IMG/VR virus record: IMGVR_UViG_3300020048_000009
Span: 1-64,000 of that record
Reading direction: 5' to 3' (one strand)
DNA length: 64,000 nt
DNA from: a virus
Taxonomy: Duplodnaviria; Caudoviricetes
Of this stretch, positions 51,691-61,258 are shown in pieces. The translations under genes were made by a program, and so were the position numbers. The notes beneath the pieces are model-generated. The model did not search any database, was not told where the DNA came from, and saw only the letters and a list, made by a program, of their open reading frames with translations. Every line of letters begins with the position of its first letter. Position 1 is the first letter of the stretch.

Positions 51691-52470
51691 TTAATCCTTT
51701 ACCGATATATTTCTATATTTAAATACCCAAAAAATATGTTCATTAATATCTTTAGTCATTCTTAAAACATTAACACCAAGTCTTTTATATTCAGTGCTAA
51801 AAGAAGTTATATATTCTAAATCAAATTTTTCATCATAATAACTTGTACTATTATAACTTATATCAATATATGAGTTATGTGCTATTTGTCTTTCTCTAAT
51901 TAATACTTTTTCTAAAGGTACCAAACTTCCTCTATATAATGACATATATTTACTAGAAAGATCAGCCTTTAACGACTTTAACCATTCTGCATATTTTATA
52001 CCAACATTGTTAATAGCATTAATTTTTTCAGAAGATAATAATTCATCTAAATTATCATAGTCTATTGGATTAAAGATATATTTATCACAATCCAATGCTT
52101 CTATAAATTTAAGATATATTGAATATACTATATTATCTCTATCTGGTCTTATTCTAAATATAATAAAATTCTCTCTTATATCTTTACGCCAACTTACAAA
52201 GTCTTCTTTAAAATATTCTTGTGATAATTTTATTGATGAATCCGTATAAAAATAAAACTTTTTAATGTTCATATCATTACTATGTTTGCTATCAATATAT
52301 ATTTGTGGAGCTTTAAAATCATCATCAAGATCTTTAAGTACACATACAGAATTACTAATGCCTATCATTTTTTTAAAAAAATTTAAAAACGCATCAAAAT
52401 CATCAGACCATTCACCATCGTTAATATCTTCACATAGTAACTTTTCTCTTATTTTTTTAAAGCGTTCCAT
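51691..52470 (-). CDS. Tandem paralog family member 4
   Basis: MERFKKIREKLLCED; IDYDNLDELL; KYRNISVKD. Confidence 0.75.
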   Translation of the reverse strand: MERFKKIREKLLCEDINDGEWSDDFDAFLNFFKKMIGISNSVCVLKDLDDDFKAPQIYIDSKHSNDMNIKKFYFYTDSSIKLSQEYFKEDFVSWRKDIRENFIIFRIRPDRDNIVYSIYLKFIEALDCDKYIFNPIDYDNLDELLSSEKINAINNVGIKYAEWLKSLKADLSSKYMSLYRGSLVPLEKVLIRERQIAHNSYIDISYNSTSYYDEKFDLEYITSFSTEYKRLGVNVLRMTKDINEHIFWVFKYRNISVKD

Positions 52471-53226
52471 TAATAATATCCTTTGGATTAAGTGTTTTAT
52501 ATTTTATAAAATTTCTACTATTCATATTTCCTCTATACCTATTCAGAAATTTTACATTTGTAACCTCAACATCAAATTTCTTTATCATATCTACAATAAG
52601 TTCTCCATACGTTGCCCCTATATCCATATCTAAATTCTGAAGACCGGTATCCTCTACTATTGTTTTTATGTCATGTATTCCACCATACATAATCCCACTC
52701 TATTATAACCGTCTGATATTTTTGCAAGTGTATTAAAATATTTCTTTATATTTTCTACTTTATAATTTTCATTATATTCAAGTAACTCATCTAATTTATC
52801 ATAATCTATCTCAACTATTTTAAATGGTTCTATATCTACTAATTCTATTGGAACAAGATTAAATGTAGAAACACCTGTTGTATATTTAAGTATATTTTTT
52901 ACAATTAATGCTCTATCAGTTACTTCTACACTTTCAAACTGACTATCTGTCCATATTCTAGCAAAATCTGGCATACCTTCTTCATTAATAAAATAAAAAT
53001 TATCATAACCAAATTTATTTTTGTTCTCCTTATTAATATATAAAAATGCTTCATTTTTATTATTAACATTATATTTTATCATAGAAATATCGGGTCTTTT
53101 TATAAACTTATTAAATATTTCTATAAATTTATTAGAATCAGTAATAATATTAGGTTCTTTTCCTTCGTCTTCTTTTATAAAATTTTCATTTAATAAACGA
53201 CTTCTTAAAGTATCATATCTCTTCAT
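52457..53226 (-). pseudogene. Tandem paralog family member 3, frameshifted (ORFs 52666..53226 and 52457..52690)
   Basis: First ORF has leader and IDYDKLDELL; second has C-terminal KYKTLNPKDI; adding one base at the CCC run 52694-52696 gives a 256-aa family-sized protein. Confidence 0.7.
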
Positions 53227-54077
53227 TATATAAATTCCTTGGGACTAATTACTTTGTATTTTATTAATTGTGGTAATGATATTTTATAATTTTCTATAAC
53301 TAACGTTTCTTTATTATAACATTTTGATTGCTCTACAAATGTATTTTTATAAAAATCTATAAATAAATTAAGTTTTTTAACATATATTCCATTATTTTTA
53401 ATATTTTCTAATAATGGATAAATTTGTTCGTATTTTGTAAAGGCATAATCATATGTACCTTCTTTTGCTATCTGTACTAATCTATTAATATAATTTTTTA
53501 AAGTATATTGAATTAATCTATTTTTTTCAGGAATTAATTCATCTAAATTATCATAATCTATTTCAACCTGTTTAAATTCATCTATATCTTCATTTATAAT
53601 TAATTTGATTTTACTAGTATATGTAACATTCCTTATACCATATATAACACCATATTTAACATAAATATATCCGTCTTCACTTATTTTATATCCCTTAAAG
53701 GTCCCTTTATTTATATTATATGATAATTGTACACTTTCTCCGCCCTCATAATGTCCATCATAGTCATCATCGTTCGGTATATTATTAACTCTATTATAAT
53801 CAACCTTAACTTTATAAGTATCATGTCTATATGAAAAACTCGTTCTATCATTAACAAGTATATACGTATAAACATGATTAGGGGTAGTTTGCTCCTCTAT
53901 AAGGTTTATTAATCTGTTATTCATAAATATATTGCTAAAATAATCTACAAATTTTAAAAAATCAGTATTCCAATTGTCATCAATATTTTCAGAAATCGTA
54001 TTATCTTGTTCTGTAATAACATTTGTTGTATTATTTAATAAACTCTCTTCTAATAGACTGTACCATTTTCTCTTCAT
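53226..54077 (-). CDS. Tandem paralog family member 2
   Basis: MKRKWYSLLEE; IDYDNLDELI; KYKVISPKEFI. Confidence 0.75.
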   Translation of the reverse strand: MKRKWYSLLEESLLNNTTNVITEQDNTISENIDDNWNTDFLKFVDYFSNIFMNNRLINLIEEQTTPNHVYTYILVNDRTSFSYRHDTYKVKVDYNRVNNIPNDDDYDGHYEGGESVQLSYNINKGTFKGYKISEDGYIYVKYGVIYGIRNVTYTSKIKLIINEDIDEFKQVEIDYDNLDELIPEKNRLIQYTLKNYINRLVQIAKEGTYDYAFTKYEQIYPLLENIKNNGIYVKKLNLFIDFYKNTFVEQSKCYNKETLVIENYKISLPQLIKYKVISPKEFI

Positions 54078-54859
54078 TATATAAACTCCTTAGGATCAAC
54101 GCGTTCAAATTTAAAAAACCAAAAAGTATAAGAGTCATCTGTTACTAATAAATATTTATTTTCAAGTCTTAGTGTTCCAGGTAAACGAATACGGTCATAC
54201 CACATTTTAACACTCTGTATATCTATATAATTCTCTTTTAAAATTTCAGAAGCATCATATACTCTATAACCACGAGTAACCATCACTTCTAATTTTTCAT
54301 TATCTACTATATTTTTAAAATACTTTAATACTATTTCCTTATTGGTACTATCAGTATTATCGGGTAACAATGAATCTAAATTATCATAATCAACAGGAAC
54401 ATAATTTAACTTATTCATATTTTGTAAATTTATAATGGTTATTATTATTGGTCTACTTGTTGACATACCAAAACCATCATGTTCTACATAAATATATATC
54501 TGATTATTTTCTATCTTATAATCTTTAAAATTTTCATATGTTATCATTGCGCCTTCCATAAAACTAAGACCACCATTAAACTCTCTTATATGCCATGTCA
54601 TATACCAGCCATCAGCATTATATTTACCCTTTCTATGATACATAGAACGTTTATTATACACTTGAAATTCTGCAATTATTTCATAGTTTTTTTCATTAAT
54701 AGCTAACTTCTGAAATAAAGACATAAAACTATTCCATTTTTTATCTTTTTCATTAGAATCATTATTCTGATCACCTATATCATCAAATATATCATCCTCT
54801 GTAATAAATGATTCTTTTAACAATTTACCCTCTATATCACTAAACCATTTTCTTTTCAT
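54077..54859 (-). CDS. Tandem paralog family member 1
   Basis: MKRKWFSDIEGKLLKES; VDYDNLDSLL; KFERVDPKEFI; start moved to MKRKW. Confidence 0.75.
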   Translation of the reverse strand: MKRKWFSDIEGKLLKESFITEDDIFDDIGDQNNDSNEKDKKWNSFMSLFQKLAINEKNYEIIAEFQVYNKRSMYHRKGKYNADGWYMTWHIREFNGGLSFMEGAMITYENFKDYKIENNQIYIYVEHDGFGMSTSRPIIITIINLQNMNKLNYVPVDYDNLDSLLPDNTDSTNKEIVLKYFKNIVDNEKLEVMVTRGYRVYDASEILKENYIDIQSVKMWYDRIRLPGTLRLENKYLLVTDDSYTFWFFKFERVDPKEFI

Positions 54860-54951
54860 ATTATCACACAAAAGCTTATCAATATTTTTATTTATTTATC
54901 ACTATTTTATAAGCATTACCTGTATAATTAGCATATACATAGGAAAAGATT

Positions 54952-55218
54952 ATGAATAAAACATATCAAGAATTACCAGAAGAACTAAAAATATTAGCAG
55001 ACAATATAGATAAACCCTATAATGAAAATTATAACTATATAAAAGATATGGATAAATTTGTTAAATATGAAAAAGAAGTAAAAGGTTTAACTCATCTGAA
55101 TATAAGTAGTGGTATTTATGGTAATACTTCATCACCGAATCAAATAGCTTATACTTTTATTCAATTATGCTATTCACCAACCTTAATAAAACAAGACTGT
55201 ACAGGAGTATTTTTCTAA
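54952..55218 (+). CDS. Small hypothetical protein
   Basis: AGGA RBS; first of a run of small co-oriented ORFs. Confidence 0.55.
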   Translation: MNKTYQELPEELKILADNIDKPYNENYNYIKDMDKFVKYEKEVKGLTHLNISSGIYGNTSSPNQIAYTFIQLCYSPTLIKQDCTGVFF

Positions 55219-55224
55219 AAGATT

Positions 55225-55497
55225 ATGAAACAAGAAGTAACGCTAATAACAGCAGAAGAAGCCAGACGTAGAGTAAACACACCTCAACAACTACAACTGG
55301 TAGATATTAATAATAAAATCATAGAAGCCTGTGACCAGGATAAGTATTTTATTGAATATAAAGATCCCTATCAAATAGTAATCAATACCCTAAAACAATC
55401 AGGATATGAAGTAATGGAAACCAATCCATTAGCACCTCAAGCTACTATAATAGTATCCTGGAAACCTAAACAAGACTATTCTATGTTTAAACGTTAA
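55225..55497 (+). CDS. Small hypothetical protein
   Basis: ITAEEAR...L..INNKI.EA...G/Y...ISW pattern common in phage small proteins. Confidence 0.6.
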   Translation: MKQEVTLITAEEARRRVNTPQQLQLVDINNKIIEACDQDKYFIEYKDPYQIVINTLKQSGYEVMETNPLAPQATIIVSWKPKQDYSMFKR

Positions 55498-55520
55498 CTT
55501 GTAGTGAAAAATAAAATGTT

Positions 55521-55907
55521 ATGAAATTCTCAGACTTTTCAGATATAGATTATGCTTATATAAAGAATTATATCATCACTCAACATGATATGTTTCAAGA
55601 TTTACAGGCTATGCATGGTATAAAAAATGATGCAGTGGGTATTCTGGGTAAAGCTATTTCACTTCAAGAATTAGAACAACTTAAAGAAACGGATGAAGAA
55701 CTTATTCCCGATCTAGAAATACTCTTTAAAGAAATAATAGAAAATGAAAAACTTGCTCTTATTAAAAGTAAAGAATATTCTAGAGATATAAATCAATCTA
55801 TTGGAGATTTTGAATCAGAATATCAAAGTATTCCTAATACTTTATATGACCAATTCGGAAATGTCTATACTATAAGTAGAGGTTATACTCAAGAAATGGG
55901 ACAATAA
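55521..55907 (+). CDS. Hypothetical protein
   Basis: Open frame. Confidence 0.55.
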   Translation: MKFSDFSDIDYAYIKNYIITQHDMFQDLQAMHGIKNDAVGILGKAISLQELEQLKETDEELIPDLEILFKEIIENEKLALIKSKEYSRDINQSIGDFESEYQSIPNTLYDQFGNVYTISRGYTQEMGQ

Positions 55908-55908
55908 T

Positions 55909-56190
55909 ATGTTCAATATTTCTATATTAAGATTAATACAATTAACTAATACTCCTGATAAAGAAGAGAATTTAGAAGAACCTTGTATAAATTGTGTCGA
56001 TTATACAAAAGGATCGCTTAGTGATAGAGTATGTGATGAATGTCATAAACCTGAATATAAAAAATTTCTAAAGAAAATAGAAAGTAATAAACCTTCTAAA
56101 GATTCAAAATGCCCTATTTGTAATTCAAATTGGTTAGGCTGGGATGAAAATTGTACAACATGTTTAAACTGCGGATATGACTTTAATTAA
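55909..56190 (+). CDS. Small Cys-rich (zinc-finger-like) protein
   Basis: CINC, CDEC, CPIC, CLNCG pairs. Confidence 0.6.
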   Translation: MFNISILRLIQLTNTPDKEENLEEPCINCVDYTKGSLSDRVCDECHKPEYKKFLKKIESNKPSKDSKCPICNSNWLGWDENCTTCLNCGYDFN

Positions 56191-56605
56191 TAAAATGAAT
56201 ACACAATCAATAACACTTCTATATAAAACTGATGTTCCAGGACCCAATGGACGTATATATTCTAAAGATGTCGTAAAAGCCGCATTTGAAGAATATTACA
56301 GTAGAATAAAAAATCAACAATCTTTCGGTAATCTAGGTTTTCGTCTATATTATTCTGTTCTAAATAACCCCGTACAAGATTTAAATAATGCTAGTCATCG
56401 CATAGATGACATAGAAGACGTACCAGAAGGCTTTAATATCACTGCCACATGCCTCCAAAAAACTAAAGCGGGCAAAATACTATCTGAAATGCTGACCAAT
56501 AAGGTAGCAGTGAGATTCGGTTTAAGAGGTATAGGTCGTATAGAAGATAATCACGTAAAAGACTTTAAACTTATTTCAGTAGATATACTATCAGCGGATG
56601 AATAA
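56177..56605 (+). CDS. Prohead-protease (T4 gp21)-like paralog lacking catalytic His and Ser
   Basis: NGRIYS..VV..A...Y, GNLGF (cf. GELNH), ASH.I, T..GKIL, FGLRG.G (cf. GVSSRG), DF.LISVD. Confidence 0.6.
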   Translation: MTLINKMNTQSITLLYKTDVPGPNGRIYSKDVVKAAFEEYYSRIKNQQSFGNLGFRLYYSVLNNPVQDLNNASHRIDDIEDVPEGFNITATCLQKTKAGKILSEMLTNKVAVRFGLRGIGRIEDNHVKDFKLISVDILSADE

Positions 56606-57077
56606 CAATATGATAACTACACCAGAAACAAAAGAACTAAATAAGGCTTGGAGAAAATTCAATAAAACATTTGATCATTCTAAGGATTTTATTCCAGGTA
56701 AAGAAGCGTTTAAAGCAGGATATGAATTCTGCAAAAGCCTTCAGACTCCTAAACCCACAAAGAAAATCTATAAATATATCGTCGTCAATTATAAGTTCGA
56801 TAGTCCTGATTATAACGAAAGTATGGTATTTCAAGATAAAGACAGAAAAGACTGTATAATTGTAAGTAAAGATGAATCTAACTATGTCAAAAGAAATTTC
56901 GATGTAAGATGGATGGCTGAACACCTTAAAGACATTAAGCTATATAATAAAAGAGAAGAAGCACGAGAAGCTGTAAAACTCAATAAAGAAAATGATCCTG
57001 ATATAAAAGAAGTAATCTGGAAAGTCGAAGTAAATGAACATTCTCAATTTATTAACTGGATAAAAAAGACACCCTAA
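56598..57077 (+). CDS. Hypothetical protein
   Basis: Open frame overlapping previous stop. Confidence 0.55.
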   Translation: MNNNMITTPETKELNKAWRKFNKTFDHSKDFIPGKEAFKAGYEFCKSLQTPKPTKKIYKYIVVNYKFDSPDYNESMVFQDKDRKDCIIVSKDESNYVKRNFDVRWMAEHLKDIKLYNKREEAREAVKLNKENDPDIKEVIWKVEVNEHSQFINWIKKTP

Positions 57078-57092
57078 GGATATATTAATATA

Positions 57093-57275
57093 ATGAATAA
57101 CGATATAAAAGAACTTATTAAAACATATGATGATTATTTAGAGTTTTTAAAGAAATCTAATGAAGAACCTTTATCTATTGCATGGGCGCATGGATATAAA
57201 TGTCCTGAAGAACTTATAGTACAAGGTCATTGTTTTAGAGAAAATATTAATAATTTAAAAAAGAGGGTAACATAA
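57093..57275 (+). CDS. Small hypothetical protein
   Basis: 60 aa; AAGGA RBS. Confidence 0.5.
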   Translation: MNNDIKELIKTYDDYLEFLKKSNEEPLSIAWAHGYKCPEELIVQGHCFRENINNLKKRVT

Positions 57276-57276
57276 T

Positions 57277-57459
57277 ATGAAAAATAAAAAATATAATCAT
57301 ACTCAAAGAGATTGTACTCCTTTATGGAATATAGTCGTTAAATGTTCAGTAGATGGTTTTAATAACGGACTTTCAGATGAACAATTAAAAAAATACATTA
57401 CAAAGTTCAGAGATAGACTCGATAAACTTATAGAAAAGAAACTTTCTAAGAAGACCTAA
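57277..57459 (+). CDS. Small hypothetical protein
   Basis: 60 aa; GAGG RBS. Confidence 0.5.
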   Translation: MKNKKYNHTQRDCTPLWNIVVKCSVDGFNNGLSDEQLKKYITKFRDRLDKLIEKKLSKKT

Positions 57460-57636
57460 ATGAAATGTAAAGAATGTGAAAATAAACCAGAACGATTACT
57501 TTCATTAAAGGGTGATGGTTGGTGTGAAGTACATAAAATGAAATTCTTTTTCTCAGAAAGAAATAATCCCTGTCCAATATGTGCAAGAGAGAATAATCTT
57601 TGTGATAGATGTGGAAAAGAATTAAAGGAAAAATAA
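57460..57636 (+). CDS. Small Cys-rich protein (58 aa, not in the ORF track)
   Basis: MKCKEC...WCEVH...CPIC...CDRCG; ATG abuts previous TAA. Confidence 0.55.
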   Translation: MKCKECENKPERLLSLKGDGWCEVHKMKFFFSERNNPCPICARENNLCDRCGKELKEK

Positions 57637-57706
57637 AGTTCTAAGAAAACAAAAGAAAACCTATGGTTTTTGAAAAGGTCAAAAAGGCCCCCGTGATTGG
57701 CCCTTT

Positions 57707-57855
57707 TGGATACAACAGCCTATATACAGATACAATCACATATACGCAGATACAACCCCTATATATCAGATACAGTATGCAGTATATCAGATACAGTCTA
57801 CATACAGCAGATACATATGATACGTATCAGATACAGCTATACAGGCTGCAGATAC
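57707..57855 (+). repeat. Phased array of eight CAGATACA-type repeats, period 20-21 bp
   Basis: Copies start at 57707 (TGGATACA), 57727, 57747, 57767, 57788, 57808, 57828, 57849 (CAGATACG). Confidence 0.85.
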
Positions 57856-57970
57856 GCTGTATGAATACAGGGTGGGCCATCCAGGATCAATATTATAGAA
57901 AATAGCGCTGCAGTGTTTTAAAAGAACGAGTATAATTATATTATAAAAATATATACAGGAGATAATTGAT

Positions 57971-58249
57971 ATGTCATATAGTATTAAGCCGCAAGGAGAT
58001 AGGTTGTTATTGAAGATGGATGTTACAGCTGAACGTGTTGTGTGCGGCGTGATCTTACCGGATCAGGCGTGTGGCGACTTGCTGCGGCGTGGTGTGATAG
58101 TTAGTGTGGGTACAGGCTGCGCCTCATCCTGGAGTGCCGGGACGCGTGTACTGATTGGCAAGGAGACAGGCACACCAGTTAAGATGGGCGACGTGCAGTA
58201 TGTCCTTATACCGGCGGCAGACATCCTAGCGGAGATAACAGATGATTAA
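57971..58249 (+). CDS. groES: Co-chaperonin GroES-like (divergent)
   Basis: IKP.GDRLL, G.ILPD, G.IV.VG.G, G..V, DILA; upstream of groEL. Confidence 0.8.
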   Translation: MSYSIKPQGDRLLLKMDVTAERVVCGVILPDQACGDLLRRGVIVSVGTGCASSWSAGTRVLIGKETGTPVKMGDVQYVLIPAADILAEITDD

Positions 58250-58487
58250 TTTCTTAGATAATATTGTACTGTTTATATTCGATTCCGGTTTAATACTGTT
58301 TAGCTTTATAGTATTATGGTTACTAGCAGCAGTATATGGAGCAGCGATAGTATTGACACTGTTTGCATATACCAGGAAGCTGTACAGGAGTTGGAAGTAT
58401 GTGTCGAATGTGTTTATAGACAGTGTGGTTAATTTTCAATACTGGACTGAAATGGACTTTTTAAAAGATAGAGACAGAGAAGAATAA
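58242..58487 (+). CDS. Small membrane protein between groES and groEL
   Basis: Hydrophobic stretch of ~35 aa; start overlaps groES stop. Confidence 0.5.
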   Translation: MINFLDNIVLFIFDSGLILFSFIVLWLLAAVYGAAIVLTLFAYTRKLYRSWKYVSNVFIDSVVNFQYWTEMDFLKDRDREE

Positions 58488-58504
58488 AAGGAGTAGAAAT
58501 AATA

Positions 58505-60145
58505 ATGAGCAATAAGAAGCAGATAGTGTTTGATAAAGATGTACGGGAAAAGATACTGAAGGGTATTACTATCCTGGCAAAGAGTGTGGGTTCTACGTTA
58601 GGACCGTCAGGTAAGTGTGTGGCTATCCAGAATCAGTACGGATCACATACGATCACCAAGGACGGCGTGACAGTGGCTAAATCGATCAGCGTCGAGGATC
58701 CGTTTGAGGATCTAGGGATTCAGCTTATTAAAGAGGTGGCGTCTCAGACTGCGAATGTGGCAGGTGACGGTACGACTACTGCGACCATCCTGGTTGAAGC
58801 GATCTATAAGGAAGGACTCAAGTATCTTACTGCGGAGTATGATGCGCAGCAGCTTAAGCGTGAGATTGACGCAGCGGTTACATTTGTTCTAGGGAAAGTT
58901 AAAGAGCAGTCGCAGCCAGTGACGACATCAGCGGCGATTGAACAGGTGGCTACTATCTCTGCGAACGGTGACAAGGAGATCGGTAAGATGCTGGCTGAGG
59001 CCTTTGAGAAGGTAGGCCCTGATGGAATGGTAACAGTAGAACCTGGCGACAAGGCGGAGACCTATTTGAACCTGGTGACAGGTATGCAGTTCAACCGTGG
59101 TTATACATCGCCTTATTTCGTGACCGACGTGGACAGTATGACCTGTACCTATGAGCGTGCGGCAGTGTTGCTGTACGATAAGAAGATCTCTAATGTTAAT
59201 GAAATCCTGCCAGTGCTGCAGTACGCGGCCAAGCAGAAGGTGCCGCTCATCCTTATTGCAGAGGATATAGAGGGTGAAGCATTAAGTACACTGGTCGTGA
59301 ATCGCATACGCGGCAACATTGCAGTGTGCGGCATCAAGGCACCGGAGTACGGACAGCAGCGCAAATATGCTTTAGAAGATCTAGCAAAACTATTAGGCTG
59401 CAAGGTGATCAGTGAGGATACCGGGCAGAAGCTGGAGAACGTCACTGATGCTATGTATTTAGGTGTCGCTGACAAAATCATTGTTACCCGGGACAGTACG
59501 ACTATTATTAAGAAAACCCCAGAAGAAGGCTTCCAGGAATATGTTGCAGCGCTGCGTGAACAGGTTAAGCATGCGACGTCAGACTATGAAGTCATGAAGC
59601 TGCAGGGAAGAATCGCTAAACTGGTTGGCGGCATCGGTGTTATTAAAGTAGGCGCAGTAACAGAGGCTGCCATGAAGGAGAAGAAGGACCGGGTAGACGA
59701 CGCGTTCCATGCGACTAAAGCTGCTATCCAGGAAGGTGTTGTACCTGGCGGCGGTATAGCGTTGTTAAACATAGTCCACATGATTTCTACGGAGTTCGGA
59801 ACAGGTGGACGTATAGTTCAGAAGGCTATCGCTGCACCTATCCAGAAGATGCTGTCGAATGCAGGATTGGACCCAGCTATCTATATCAACCGTCTAGAAG
59901 TATTACAGGACGCTGCACAGGCTAACGGTACCTGGAACGTTGAAGGCTATAACATCCTTACCCGTACGTATGTTGATATGTTCGCTGCAGGCATTGTTGA
60001 TCCTGCTAAGGTTACCAGAACAGCGCTGGAGAACGCGGCAAGCATCGCAGGCTTGTTACTTACTACAGACTGTATGATAGTTGATATGCCCGACGACAGG
60101 CCTCAGTTGGTGATGCCAAATATGGGCGGCGGCGGAATGATGTAA
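58505..60145 (+). CDS. groEL: Chaperonin GroEL
   Basis: TLGP.G, ITKDGVTVAK, AGDGTTTAT, GMQFNRGY.SPYF, RVDDA..AT.AA..EG.VPGGG, DPAKVTR.AL.NA.S, GGM tail. Confidence 0.97.
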   Translation: MSNKKQIVFDKDVREKILKGITILAKSVGSTLGPSGKCVAIQNQYGSHTITKDGVTVAKSISVEDPFEDLGIQLIKEVASQTANVAGDGTTTATILVEAIYKEGLKYLTAEYDAQQLKREIDAAVTFVLGKVKEQSQPVTTSAAIEQVATISANGDKEIGKMLAEAFEKVGPDGMVTVEPGDKAETYLNLVTGMQFNRGYTSPYFVTDVDSMTCTYERAAVLLYDKKISNVNEILPVLQYAAKQKVPLILIAEDIEGEALSTLVVNRIRGNIAVCGIKAPEYGQQRKYALEDLAKLLGCKVISEDTGQKLENVTDAMYLGVADKIIVTRDSTTIIKKTPEEGFQEYVAALREQVKHATSDYEVMKLQGRIAKLVGGIGVIKVGAVTEAAMKEKKDRVDDAFHATKAAIQEGVVPGGGIALLNIVHMISTEFGTGGRIVQKAIAAPIQKMLSNAGLDPAIYINRLEVLQDAAQANGTWNVEGYNILTRTYVDMFAAGIVDPAKVTRTALENAASIAGLLLTTDCMIVDMPDDRPQLVMPNMGGGGMM

Positions 60146-60209
60146 GCTGCAGCTAAATGTAGGTGTACAAATTATATAGTCTTCTAGGAGATTATGTAAC
60201 GTAAAAACG

Positions 60210-60245
60210 AAGGCCTCTCATACCGTAATTGATATGAGAGGCCTT
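60210..60245. terminator. Terminator between groEL and the convergent gene
   Basis: AAGGCCTCTCATA...TATGAGAGGCCTT 13-bp stem. Confidence 0.8.
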
Positions 60246-60269
60246 TAATATATATTCTTGCAGCTTTAT

Positions 60270-60656
60270 TTAAAGTTCAACAATCTTCGCGTCCTTAACA
60301 TATTTGCAATAAAGGCTTGCATAGCCCCAATTAATGTTCTTGCTCTTTTGACGCTCGAGGATCTCACTAATCCGAAAAGCTTTAAGGGTTTGCCAAACAG
60401 CACCGACTGAGCCATATCCCTCATTAGGACGACCCTTAGTGTGCTTTGTCATATCCTTGATTTGTTCTTTGGTCAAGGCTCGCATGCAATCACCCTTCTT
60501 AGTAAAGCCCGATGAAGGTGACATGATGATAACCGAATCAAAGTAGTTGACGCCACAAACCCCTTCAGCAAATTGATTTCCACCCCAATGCAAAAGAGCA
60601 TATTGCTCCAAGGCTTCGGGATGTTCTTTTACGAAGGTTTCTAATCTATGAAACAT
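60270..60656 (-). CDS. Hypothetical (probably early) protein
   Basis: AAGGAG RBS and repeated promoter upstream. Confidence 0.65.
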   Translation of the reverse strand: MFHRLETFVKEHPEALEQYALLHWGGNQFAEGVCGVNYFDSVIIMSPSSGFTKKGDCMRALTKEQIKDMTKHTKGRPNEGYGSVGAVWQTLKAFRISEILERQKSKNINWGYASLYCKYVKDAKIVEL

Positions 60657-60681
60657 TTGATGCTCCTTGTTGTGTGATTGA

Positions 60682-60719
60682 ATAGATATATGATGTCACA
60701 TATCCTTAGAACAATACAC
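60682..60719 (-). promoter_or_regulatory. Repeated promoter-like motif GTGTA-N23-ATATATCTAT, copy A
   Basis: Same motif and spacing at 61221-61258 (-) and 61403-61440 (+), each just upstream of a gene. Confidence 0.7.
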
Positions 60720-60727
60720 TTAAAAGG

Positions 60728-60907
60728 CTAATGCTTTTTCTTTTTTTCTTCCTCTTCGTTATTGGTGTATGTCCAATTAGTACTCTTACATTTTGGACAT
60801 ACATAATCAAAATACTCAAACAAAGGCGATAATCCGAATCGTGGCAATTTTTCGTTTTTATCGTATTTATTTCCACATGCATTGCATATATGAAACCAAT
60901 GTAGCAT
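60728..60907 (-). CDS. Small zinc-ribbon protein (59 aa, not in the ORF track)
   Basis: CNACG...CPKCKS; MLHWFH...KKKKH. Confidence 0.55.
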   Translation of the reverse strand: MLHWFHICNACGNKYDKNEKLPRFGLSPLFEYFDYVCPKCKSTNWTYTNNEEEEKKKKH

Positions 60908-61002
60908 AAAAGTTTTTCCTATTTCTTCTTTTGTGGTTTACATAGATGGTAGGCATACCAACACCAATAAATCCAGAAAAATGTCATTGCTGTTGTCATT
61001 TT

Positions 61003-61197
61003 CTATTTTTGTTCGACATATTCCATGGTGTACACATAAGCGAAATATGCATAGAGCAATGCTGCTCCGATTTCAAGGATTGATAACAATGGACGTTCGA
61101 AGATGTTGATTCCGAAACGAAAACCATACGTGATCATAAGATCGATTGAGGCGAGAACGATGATGGCATTTAAAGACTTCTTAAAGAATTTTTTCAT
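61003..61197 (-). CDS. Small two-helix membrane protein
   Basis: Two hydrophobic segments; AAGGA RBS and promoter copy B upstream. Confidence 0.6.
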   Translation of the reverse strand: MKKFFKKSLNAIIVLASIDLMITYGFRFGINIFERPLLSILEIGAALLYAYFAYVYTMEYVEQK

Positions 61198-61220
61198 GGT
61201 GTTCCTTGTTGCTTGATTGA

Positions 61221-61258
61221 ATAGATATATAATGCCAAAAATCTTTAGAACAATACAC
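61221..61258 (-). promoter_or_regulatory. Repeated promoter-like motif, copy B
   Basis: Reverse complement reads GTGTATTGTTCTAAAGATTTTTGGCATTATATATCTAT. Confidence 0.7.

Noticed and set aside
57707-57855. CRISPR mini-array
   Set aside because: Repeats are only 8 bp and spacers 12-13 bp, far below CRISPR sizes; no cas genes in the window
57663-57905. 80-aa ORF over the repeat array as a real gene
   Set aside because: Its Y/I/Q-rich sequence follows from the DNA repeat, whose 20-bp period does not preserve frame
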